From an uncultured Candidatus Saccharibacteria bacterium (GTDB lineage: Bacteria; Patescibacteriota; Minisyncoccia; RBG-13-40-8-A; JAUWHN01): a stretch of 47,797 bases of DNA. The stretch spans positions 1-47,797 of the forward strand of contig CAYRSI010000001.1 in the NCBI GenBank assembly GCA_964426965.1. The letters are read 5' to 3'. Of the stretch, positions 14,756 to 21,957 are shown piece after piece. Below the pieces are notes generated by a model. That model was not told the origin of the DNA and searched no databases. It saw only the letters and a list, made by a program, of their open reading frames with translations. A program made the position numbers and the translations under genes. The stretch's first letter is position 1. Each line of letters begins with the position of its first letter.

Positions 14756-15760
14756 ATGCTAATCATTGCTACAAGTATATCGGGCTCAGGAAGAAAAGAT
14801 TATTTGAATGGCTTAGCAGAATATGCCAAAAAACTGGGCAAAAAGGTTAAAACCTATCATGTTGGCCAGATGCTTTTTGACCATGCTAAAAAAGTTGGAA
14901 TCCATCTCACTCACGAGAACATTCTTAATGCTAACCCTTCAGTAATCAATGCTATAAGAGGAGCGGTTTTTGAAAATATCTTGGCTAATTTACCTAAAGA
15001 CCGCAAAGAAAACGACGCTGTTGTTATCAGCATCCACAGCATCTTCCTCTGGAAAAAAAGATTTATGCGGGCTTACGATAGATTTTATCTGAACAAATTA
15101 AACCCTGATATGTTTGTTACTCTTTTTAATAAGGCAACCGATATATTAAAAACGCTTAATTCCAGACAGCAATGGAAATCCCAAAAACTTACCCTTCAAG
15201 AAATTTTACTCTGGCAAAACGTAGAAGTGGAAATGAGTGCCAGTTGGGCTGAGATTGATAGAAGGCCATTTTATGTAATTTCAGTTCTTCAACCAATTGA
15301 TACTCTTTATCGACTAGTCTTTGAGCCTTGGGTTGAACCAGTTTATGTGTGTATGCCTATAACTCATCTTAAGAAAAAATCCGACCAGGAAAAAGTTAAC
15401 AGATTTGTAAAAGAGCTCGATAAATACTTTGTTGTTTTTAATCCTTTGAAGCTGGACATACTTATAGGAAAAAGTTTTGATTTGGCATCCTACCATCATA
15501 CAGTTAATCAAGATCTTTACTGGATAATCAAACAAAGCAAAAAAGTGATTGCATACTTTCCAATCATTGTTTCCTCTCCTGGCGTGATCAATGAATTAAG
15601 AGAGGCCCATGAAACCAATAAAGATGTTTGGCTAATCTTTCCGAGCAAACTAAAAAGTCCATTTTTGGTTTATTTCAGCAGCCAGATTTTTGAAAGCACT
15701 GGAGAATTTTTCAAATTTTTAAAAAGATATATACAGAAACAAAAACAAGGGAAAAAGTAA
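14756..15760 (+). CDS. fusion protein: archaeal-type adenylate-kinase-like N-domain plus nucleoside 2-deoxyribosyltransferase-like C-domain
   Basis: N-half: IIATSISGSGRKDY...KTYHVGQMLFDHAKK...ISIHSIF...LNKLNPDMFVTLF parallels the AdkA layout (from memory). C-half: VYVCMPI...NQDLYWIIKQSKKVIAYFP...SPGVINELREAHETNKDVWLIFP parallels the NDT/Rossmann pattern. ATG 14756 is preferred over the track's TTG at 14744. Confidence 0.5.
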   Translation: MLIIATSISGSGRKDYLNGLAEYAKKLGKKVKTYHVGQMLFDHAKKVGIHLTHENILNANPSVINAIRGAVFENILANLPKDRKENDAVVISIHSIFLWKKRFMRAYDRFYLNKLNPDMFVTLFNKATDILKTLNSRQQWKSQKLTLQEILLWQNVEVEMSASWAEIDRRPFYVISVLQPIDTLYRLVFEPWVEPVYVCMPITHLKKKSDQEKVNRFVKELDKYFVVFNPLKLDILIGKSFDLASYHHTVNQDLYWIIKQSKKVIAYFPIIVSSPGVINELREAHETNKDVWLIFPSKLKSPFLVYFSSQIFESTGEFFKFLKRYIQKQKQGKK

Positions 15761-17104
15761 ATGTTTTCACAAAAATTTATCAGAATTTGGACCAAAAAGC
15801 CAGGGCTCAGTTTACTCATGGGCTTTTTAATTATCATTGCGATTGGTTCGACTCTCTTATCTCTGCCACAAGCCGTAACAGACAACCAGCCCATATCCTT
15901 TCCTGATGCTCTTTTTACAGCCACTTCGGCCACCTGCGTTACTGGACTCCTTGTCAAAGATACAGCCACTTATTTTTCTCGTTTTGGACAAATTGTTATA
16001 CTTATCCTTATCCAATTAGGCGCCATCGGAATTATGAGTGCGGGCGTCTTTTTTATTATTATTTTGGGAAAAAAAATCAGTTTAGCCCAACAGATTAATA
16101 TAAAAAATATATTCAGCACTAAATTTACCACCGAAGCTATGCGCCTAGTTAAGCTTTTGGTTATTTTTACTTTTAGCATTGAGCTTATCGGGGCTTTAAT
16201 TTTGTTTTTTTATAAATGGCCGAATGATTTCTTTCATGCTTTATTCCATTCAATTAGCGCTTTTGCTAATGCCGGGTTTTCTCTTTTTAGTGACAGCTTT
16301 ATGCAGTACAGAGAAGATCTTTCGATGAATATAATTATTACTCTTTTAATTATTGTTGGAGGACTTGGTTTTATGGTATTAGTTAACCTCTGGGACTGGC
16401 TGCGTCATTTTTTCAAAAATAAAAGACCGGGCAAGTTAAGTCTTCATAGCAAGATTGTTCTAACGGCAACCATTGTCCTTATTGTCCTGGGAGCTTGGTT
16501 TTTTTACACCCTTGAACGAGCAGATGCTTGGGCTGGATATTCGTCACGTGAAGCTTTATTAGCTTCCTATTTTCAATCAGTTACAGCCAGAACAGCTGGT
16601 TTTAGCACAGTAAATGTTGGTGATTTATCTATTCCGTCTCGCTTCTTTCTTATGGGATTAATGTTTGTTGGCGGGGGGCCCGGCTCAACTGCAGGGGGCA
16701 TCAAGATTACTACCTTTGTTTTGCTTCTTATTATGATTATTAGTATTCTAAAGGGACGAAAGAGAGGATATATCTTTAAACGAAGTATACCAGAAGAAAA
16801 TATCCGCAAAGCCATGGCCATTGTTGTTCTTTCCTTTTTAGTCCTCGTTTTTTTCTGGCTTCTACTTACCCTGACTGAAGAAGGAGCGCCTCTTAAAGAT
16901 ATTGCTTTTGAAGCAACTTCTGCCTTTGGCACAGTAGGTCTTTCAACCGGCTTGACCTTTGCATTATCCTATACAGGAAAGATAATTTTTGTTATATTAA
17001 TGTTAGTAGGAAGGCTTGGCCCTTTGACTCTGGCATTTCTTTTAGCTAAAGCTCCAAGGGTTCCAAAAATAACTTATCCCCAAGAAAAAATAGGGATAGG
17101 ATAA
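15761..17104 (+). CDS. trkH: TrkH/KtrB-family potassium transporter membrane subunit
   Basis: 447 aa, multi-TM, with repeated pore-loop-like motifs (TATSATCVTGL, TARTAGFST, EATSAFGTVGLSTG). Confidence 0.9.
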   Translation: MFSQKFIRIWTKKPGLSLLMGFLIIIAIGSTLLSLPQAVTDNQPISFPDALFTATSATCVTGLLVKDTATYFSRFGQIVILILIQLGAIGIMSAGVFFIIILGKKISLAQQINIKNIFSTKFTTEAMRLVKLLVIFTFSIELIGALILFFYKWPNDFFHALFHSISAFANAGFSLFSDSFMQYREDLSMNIIITLLIIVGGLGFMVLVNLWDWLRHFFKNKRPGKLSLHSKIVLTATIVLIVLGAWFFYTLERADAWAGYSSREALLASYFQSVTARTAGFSTVNVGDLSIPSRFFLMGLMFVGGGPGSTAGGIKITTFVLLLIMIISILKGRKRGYIFKRSIPEENIRKAMAIVVLSFLVLVFFWLLLTLTEEGAPLKDIAFEATSAFGTVGLSTGLTFALSYTGKIIFVILMLVGRLGPLTLAFLLAKAPRVPKITYPQEKIGIG

Positions 17105-17114
17105 AATTAAAACT

Positions 17115-17837
17115 ATGGCTAAAAAAAGACAATTTGCTGTTATTGGTTTAGGAAAATTCGGTTTTAAAGTAGCCGAAACTCTGGCTGAAGAAAGAGTCTC
17201 AGTATTGGGCATTGATAAAGATGAGGATATGATTGAAAAAACTCAAAATATTCTTACTGAAGTTCTTAAGCTAGACAGCACTGACGAAGAAGCATTAGAG
17301 GCAAGCGGCATTAAAAACGTAGATGCAGTAGTGGTAGGCATGGGAGACAATGTGCAAGCCAGCCTTTTAACTGTTGTTCTCCTTAAAAAGATGGGGATTA
17401 AAGAAATTATTGCCCGAGCCAATTCTAATTCACATGCTAGAATTCTTAGAGCTTTGGGAGTTAAAAAAGTAATCCTGCCAGAAGAAGATATGGGCGTCAG
17501 AATAGGCAAAAGCATTCTTACTGCCCCTGTTCGCGAGTATATTGAATTGGGCGACGAATATGTTTTGGTTGAAGTTGAAGTAAAGCTAGAAAATAAATTA
17601 ATTGGCAAAAGTCTGCAGCAGTTAGATCTTAGAGCCAAACATCATATTATTGTTTTGTTAATTAAAAGAATGACTAGAAAAGCTCGCGAAGGAGAAGAAG
17701 AAGAATTGATAGTTACCAGAGAATTTCCTGCAGCAGATTACGAAATTAGAGAAAAAGATATTTTAGTAGTTGTTGGGGAAGAGAAATCAGTAAAAGATTT
17801 TGAAAAACTATGCGCTGCTGGAATTAAAGAGAAGTAA
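17115..17837 (+). CDS. trkA: TrkA/KtrA RCK-domain potassium uptake regulator
   Basis: FAVIGLGKFG Rossmann motif plus a TrkA-C-like C-terminal domain. Adjacent to trkH. Confidence 0.9.
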   Translation: MAKKRQFAVIGLGKFGFKVAETLAEERVSVLGIDKDEDMIEKTQNILTEVLKLDSTDEEALEASGIKNVDAVVVGMGDNVQASLLTVVLLKKMGIKEIIARANSNSHARILRALGVKKVILPEEDMGVRIGKSILTAPVREYIELGDEYVLVEVEVKLENKLIGKSLQQLDLRAKHHIIVLLIKRMTRKAREGEEEELIVTREFPAADYEIREKDILVVVGEEKSVKDFEKLCAAGIKEK

Positions 17838-17861
17838 TTCTAATATAGAAAATTATTAATT

Positions 17862-17897
17862 AAAAATCCTCTCCTATGTACATCGGAGGGGATTTTT
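17862..17897. terminator. Bidirectional intrinsic terminator (trkA on +, sRNA on -)
   Basis: AAAAATCCTCTCC-N10-GGAGGGGATTTTT, with A/T runs on both sides. Confidence 0.8.
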
Positions 17898-17900
17898 AAC

Positions 17901-18046
17901 GGCTCTGTTGCTGCTTTCCAGTGAGTTTCTGGCAAAAATCCAGGTGGGTGTCTGCATAGTCCAACCGAGGTCGGACCAGATATAAGACTCCCTAGATAAA
18001 AAAGTTTGACCCAAAATCGTACTAGAAAGACCTACGCAACAGAACC
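17901..18046 (-). ncRNA. Unclassified 146-nt rod-shaped small RNA
   Basis: A hand fold of the minus strand gives 7 helices (49 bp) ending in an 8-bp apical stem with a CUCG loop. The 6 G-U pairs would be C-A mismatches on the plus strand. It has its own promoter (18053-18081) and terminator (17862-17897), and no plausible ORF. Confidence 0.7.
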
Positions 18047-18052
18047 ATTTTA

Positions 18053-18081
18053 ATTATACCAAGTTCAAATAAAATTGCAAG
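18053..18081 (-). promoter_or_regulatory. Promoter of the sRNA: TTGCAA-16-TGgTATAAT
   Basis: On the minus strand, -10 TATAAT is at 18053-18058 with an extended TG, and -35 TTGCAA is at 18075-18080. G at 18046 lies 7 nt downstream of the -10. Confidence 0.7.
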
Positions 18082-18107
18082 TCGAGCTGTGGATAACGCT
18101 ATCCTAT

Positions 18108-18698
18108 CTAAAACATTATATCATCCTCTGCTCTTTTGTAATCATGTATCTCCTCTGGGGAAAACCAAAATGCCATTTCATGTTTTGCCTCTTCGGCGGT
18201 TTCTGAAGCATGAATAATATTATGAACTGAACGCCTGCTTCGGTTAGCAGCTGCTGCTGAATCAACAGAAAAATCACCCCTAATTGTTCCCATTTCAGCT
18301 AAGGCTGGCATGGTATTGCCGCAAAGTTTTCTAACCATATCAATGGCATGAACTCCTTTAACTATTACTTTAACTAATGGGCCGGAAGTCATAAAATCAA
18401 TCAGCCAACCCCGAACCATTGCACCAATCTTTTTTGAATCAGTAGTTCCTAATTCTTTTTTGATATTGAATCCATATTTTTCATAAGTTTCTTTGGTTTT
18501 TTCTCCAAGCCGGGTTATCCACTTCTCGTCTTTTGGATAATGTTCATCTATTTGCTCCTTTGTTGCCCAAATCATATCTAAGGCAATTATCTTAAGCCCT
18601 CGTTTTTCAATCCGACTAATTATCTCGCCAATCAGCCCGCGTTTAACGCCATCGGGTTTTATTAGGACAACTGTTTTTTCTTCTCTAACATCTTGCAT
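18108..18698 (-). CDS. ndk: nucleoside diphosphate kinase (long form with internal insertion)
   Basis: VVLIKPDGVKRGLIGEIISRIEKRGLKI...NIIHASE (catalytic His context). There is a ~45-aa insertion relative to classic ~140-aa NDKs. Confidence 0.88.
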   Translation of the reverse strand: MQDVREEKTVVLIKPDGVKRGLIGEIISRIEKRGLKIIALDMIWATKEQIDEHYPKDEKWITRLGEKTKETYEKYGFNIKKELGTTDSKKIGAMVRGWLIDFMTSGPLVKVIVKGVHAIDMVRKLCGNTMPALAEMGTIRGDFSVDSAAAANRSRRSVHNIIHASETAEEAKHEMAFWFSPEEIHDYKRAEDDIMF

Positions 18699-18777
18699 AT
18701 TTCCAGTATACCAACTTGACTAAATTTAATCAACTATGCTAATCTGTAAAGAAATCTTGTTCGTTGAAATTTGAATA

Positions 18778-18830
18778 GGCCTAGAACCCGTTGGGTTCGG
18801 CCCGAACAAAATAAATTTTGTTTTAGGGAG
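18778..18830 (+). promoter_or_regulatory. Conserved 5' leader motif, copy B
   Basis: GGCCTAGAACCCGTTGGGTTCGGCCCGAACAAAATAAATTTTGTTTTAGGGAG. CCTAGAAC pairs with GTTTTAGG, overlapping the SD. A putative promoter TTGACT-18-TAATCT lies at 18716-18745. Confidence 0.55.
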
Positions 18831-18836
18831 ATATAA

Positions 18837-19193
18837 GTGAAAAAAATAACATTGAAAGATCTGAAAAAGGCTTTAGAAAAATCCTGGTCAGAAGAAACAA
18901 CATACAAATATAAAAAGGGGGTTCTCTATTTACTGGATACTAACCAGCCTAGTCTGGGACAATGTTGCGTAACGGCGCTTATAGTTCAAGATTATTTTGG
19001 GGGACAACTTAAAACTGCCTTGATAAAAATTATAGGTTGGCATACCTGGAACCAGCTGCCAGACGGTTCGGAATTAGACTGGACAAGAAATCAGTTCTTA
19101 AAAAATGTTGTCGTCCCGCCGGGAAAAATAGCAATCAGGGATCGTCTTTTATCTTATGCAAACACGAGAAAAAGATATAACCTTTTAAAATAA
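18837..19193 (+). CDS. hypothetical protein (118 aa, GTG start)
   Basis: SD AGGGAG upstream. No family recognised with confidence. Confidence 0.55.
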   Translation: MKKITLKDLKKALEKSWSEETTYKYKKGVLYLLDTNQPSLGQCCVTALIVQDYFGGQLKTALIKIIGWHTWNQLPDGSELDWTRNQFLKNVVVPPGKIAIRDRLLSYANTRKRYNLLK

Positions 19194-19220
19194 AGGGTGG
19201 AAGAAATTTTAAAGAATAAA

Positions 19221-19254
19221 GGCCTAAAGCCCAGAGGCTCGGCCTTATAGGGAG
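19221..19254 (+). promoter_or_regulatory. Leader motif, short variant C
   Basis: GGCCTAAAGCCCAGAGGCTCGGCCTTATAGGGAG. It keeps the CCTA...TAGG closing helix and an inner GCC-CAGA-GGC hairpin, and TAGGGAG is the SD. Confidence 0.4.
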
Positions 19255-19260
19255 AAAGAA

Positions 19261-19473
19261 ATGAAAGAACTGTTTTTTATTTCACTTATTGTAATTGTTC
19301 TTCTCCTGGTTTACAGGAGACTTAGCAGAAAAGTCAGGGGCTCGGATTGCGGTGTTGTATGCCAGTTTCTTCGAAAACCCTCTCCGCCCAAGAAACTAAA
19401 AACCTACAAAGAAAGCAAGCAAGAAGCCAGAAAAAGAATAGAAAGAATTAAAAAAGAAAAGGAGCGAAAATGA
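19261..19473 (+). CDS. hypothetical small membrane protein (70 aa)
   Basis: One N-terminal TM helix and a basic tail. Its stop overlaps the next ATG (ATGA). Confidence 0.5.
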   Translation: MKELFFISLIVIVLLLVYRRLSRKVRGSDCGVVCQFLRKPSPPKKLKTYKESKQEARKRIERIKKEKERK

Positions 19474-19967
19474 AAGAAATAAAAATTTATTTTGCTGCAC
19501 CATTATTTACTCAAGCTGAACGAATTTGGAATCGTATGCTTAAAAAAGCAATAGAGAAAATAGCCAAAGCCCAAGGATTAAAAATCAGAATATTATTTCC
19601 TCAAGATATAGCAGAAAAAATCTTAAGCGACAATAGATATTCAGAAGAACACAAAAAGGACTTGCTGCACGACGACCTGCTCTTTGTTAAAGTTGGCAAT
19701 GCTGACATCGTGATGGCAATTTTAGACGGAGCTGATAGTGATAGCGGAACATCCGGAGAGTTTATTGCTGCCAAAATCCTGCAGAAAAAAACTATTGGTA
19801 TCCGGACTGATTTCCGAGGCTCTGGAGAGGATAAAGGACTAAATCTAATGCTGTCCAGAAGGCTTAATGAATTTATCTATTTTCCATCTTTCAATGAAAA
19901 TGTTGAGGAACTTGCTGGAAAAATTGTAGGGGCGATAAAAAAAATATATAAAAACACAAAAAACTAA
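19470..19967 (+). CDS. nucleoside 2-deoxyribosyltransferase family protein
   Basis: KIYFAAPLFTQAER...ADIVMAILDGADSDSGTSGEFIAAK...GIRTDFR is the family pattern. Confidence 0.8.
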   Translation: MKEIKIYFAAPLFTQAERIWNRMLKKAIEKIAKAQGLKIRILFPQDIAEKILSDNRYSEEHKKDLLHDDLLFVKVGNADIVMAILDGADSDSGTSGEFIAAKILQKKTIGIRTDFRGSGEDKGLNLMLSRRLNEFIYFPSFNENVEELAGKIVGAIKKIYKNTKN

Positions 19968-19971
19968 ACTT

Positions 19972-20004
19972 AAAAGCGTCGAGCTTCTTTTGCTCGGCGC
20001 TTTT
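19972..20004 (+). terminator. Intrinsic terminator after the NDT gene
   Basis: AAAAGCGTCGAGC-TTCTTTT-GCTCGGCGCTTTT. Confidence 0.8.
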
Positions 20005-20006
20005 CT

Positions 20007-20162
20007 TAAATAAAATTCTAGGTATCATCCTCTCACTTTCCTCGCTCGCCCAGCGTGCTCGCTCAGGGATACGCCCTCGCTCTCTCCCCCGCAGCGGCGG
20101 GGTCGAACCATGCCCGCTCGGGCTCCTAACCCGTTCAAGGACAATGCCCAGAATTTTATTTA
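20007..20162. mobile_element. MITE-like element: 16-bp terminal inverted repeats around a 124-bp GC-rich core
   Basis: TAAATAAAATTCTAGG (20007-20022) against CCCAGAATTTTATTTA (20147-20162) matches 15/16. The core is strikingly GC-rich, with CTCGCTC x3 and hairpins CCCCGC-AGC-GGCGGGG and GCCCG-CTC-GGGC. No ORF. Confidence 0.5.
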
Positions 20163-21014
20163 CCTGATTCGAAAACTGGCTCCGTTAGTTAGAATTTCGA
20201 TATCGCCGTGTTGAGCAGTGCAAAAAGTAACAACATCGCTTAGTGTATTTAATACACATTGATGAGGATGGCCATAAGAATTGTCTTTACCGGCTTGGAT
20301 TATGGCAATAATAGGACTAACTGCACTCAAAAATTCTTCAGTAGTTGAGGTTTTGCTGCCATGATGAGGAATTTTTAGAATATCTGATTGCAAGTTAATT
20401 CCAGAACCAACCAATTCTTTTTCTATTTTCTTTTCAATGTCGCCAGTTAGTAAAAGCTCAAAATCCTTATAAACCAACTGAGCAACAATCGAAGCGTTAT
20501 TAACCCTTTTAATTTTTTGGCCAGCTAAGCTTTCAAGGGGATGTAAAACAAAAAGCTTTATATTATCTCCTAAATCAATTATCCCACCAGCTTGGGCAAT
20601 CAAGAGGGGGATATTTTCTCTTTCAATAACTCGTTGCCATTCTCTGTATTCAGCAGTATCTCGAACAACGCCAGTGGTTAAGATGCTACCAATTTCATAA
20701 CGCTTAATTACTTCAATTAATCCGCTAATGTGATCGTGTTCAGGATGGGTTAAAATTACTAAATCAATATATCTATCCCAAAAAGGCAGTTCTCTGCCTA
20801 ATTTTTCTAAAATTGTTAAATCCGGCCCACCGTCAACCAAAATTTGTTTTCCATCTGGCGTCTCTATAAAAATCGCATCACCCTGCCCAATATCATAAAA
20901 ATCAATCTCCAAAAATTCCTGCCTTTCCTCAACAAAAACCCAACCCCACGCCAAAACCAGCGCCACAAAAACAATAGCGAAAATTCTAAATAATTTGTTT
21001 TTAAATATTGACAT
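20160..21014 (-). CDS. comEC: ComEC-type metallo-beta-lactamase domain protein (separate gene)
   Basis: N-terminal TM helix, DVGQGDAIFIETPDGKQILVDGGP, HPEHDHISG. Confidence 0.88.
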   Translation of the reverse strand: MSIFKNKLFRIFAIVFVALVLAWGWVFVEERQEFLEIDFYDIGQGDAIFIETPDGKQILVDGGPDLTILEKLGRELPFWDRYIDLVILTHPEHDHISGLIEVIKRYEIGSILTTGVVRDTAEYREWQRVIERENIPLLIAQAGGIIDLGDNIKLFVLHPLESLAGQKIKRVNNASIVAQLVYKDFELLLTGDIEKKIEKELVGSGINLQSDILKIPHHGSKTSTTEEFLSAVSPIIAIIQAGKDNSYGHPHQCVLNTLSDVVTFCTAQHGDIEILTNGASFRIR

Positions 21015-21090
21015 AAATTAGTAACTATGCTAACTTCAATTGAAGTTGTTGTTTAACAACTTAATAAATAAACAAAGGGAGAATGATTAA

Positions 21091-21585
21091 ATGAATAAAA
21101 GCAAAACAGAACATGCGCCCGTACTTTTTAAAGTTAATATACCCAAAATTAAAATAACACCTAAAATCCTAGAGCACCTTGGCTTTGTTGGATTCAATTT
21201 TTCTTTTTACGGACGCAGATTTAATCATAATGATGAGGGGGTTATCTCAAGTGCATACATAGACAGTAAGTATAGTAAAAAATTAATAAAGGCAGGAATT
21301 ATTGGAATTATAGACCGCGATTACTCATTAAAAAACTGTATTAAGGAAAAAATAGAAGATGTAAAATGCCTGGTTATCTTTCTGCGCTGGGGATGGTTGT
21401 GGGTTAGCGATTATGAGGATGATGGATATAAAGAAGCACAGGAATGCCTAAAAGAATATGATTCTTTTCTAGAAAATAATTCCATACCCCCCTGGGTTTT
21501 TGCTTGGGGTGATGACGAACCAGCCGCAAGAACAGCTGTAAGAAAAATAAGAAAATTCTTTAAAAAATATTGCCACAAAATCTAG
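21091..21585 (+). CDS. hypothetical protein (164 aa)
   Basis: SD AAAGGGAG. No recognisable family. Confidence 0.6.
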   Translation: MNKSKTEHAPVLFKVNIPKIKITPKILEHLGFVGFNFSFYGRRFNHNDEGVISSAYIDSKYSKKLIKAGIIGIIDRDYSLKNCIKEKIEDVKCLVIFLRWGWLWVSDYEDDGYKEAQECLKEYDSFLENNSIPPWVFAWGDDEPAARTAVRKIRKFFKKYCHKI

Positions 21586-21598
21586 ATAGGAGGGTGAG

Positions 21599-21940
21599 AT
21601 GAAAATAAAAAGAATTTTTAAAAGACAGATAAAGGGAAAAGACGAATGCGAGATTGAAAACGAGGCGAGAAAAATCTTTAGGAGCATTATTTCTGAATTA
21701 GACAAGGAAGGAATTTGTATTTTTGAAACTCCAGAAGCGCCGTCTTATTATCAAGAAAGAAAATTTGTGCTTCCTTTAGAAAAAATCTACGTCAGCGTTA
21801 AAAAAGATCTTATTCAGAAAAGCTTTACTCTTATAGTAGAACACTTCGAACGCAGTAGTTCGACACCATTCTACTGTGAGTTTGGTGGCGCTATTAGCAT
21901 GTTAGAAGATTTGGCGCGAAAGCATCATCTTAAAGAGTAA
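21599..21940 (+). CDS. hypothetical protein (113 aa)
   Basis: SD AGGAGGGTGAG. No recognisable family. Confidence 0.6.
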   Translation: MKIKRIFKRQIKGKDECEIENEARKIFRSIISELDKEGICIFETPEAPSYYQERKFVLPLEKIYVSVKKDLIQKSFTLIVEHFERSSSTPFYCEFGGAISMLEDLARKHHLKE

Positions 21941-21957
21941 GAAAAAATAAAATTTCC

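Noticed and set aside
17901-18046. Identification of the sRNA as SRP (4.5S) RNA or 6S RNA.
   Set aside because: The apex is an 8-bp stem with a CUCG loop, not a GNRA-capped helix 8 with the conserved symmetric and asymmetric loops. GGAAAGCAGC occurs, but at the base of the rod. There is no large central bubble as in 6S RNA. It is left unclassified pending a covariance-model search.
20023-20146. GC-rich core as a tRNA, tmRNA, RNase P RNA or SRP RNA.
   Set aside because: Hand-folding gives no cloverleaf or T-arm (GGTTCGACC lacks a matching stem). It is too short for RNase P RNA or tmRNA, and it has no SRP domain IV motif.
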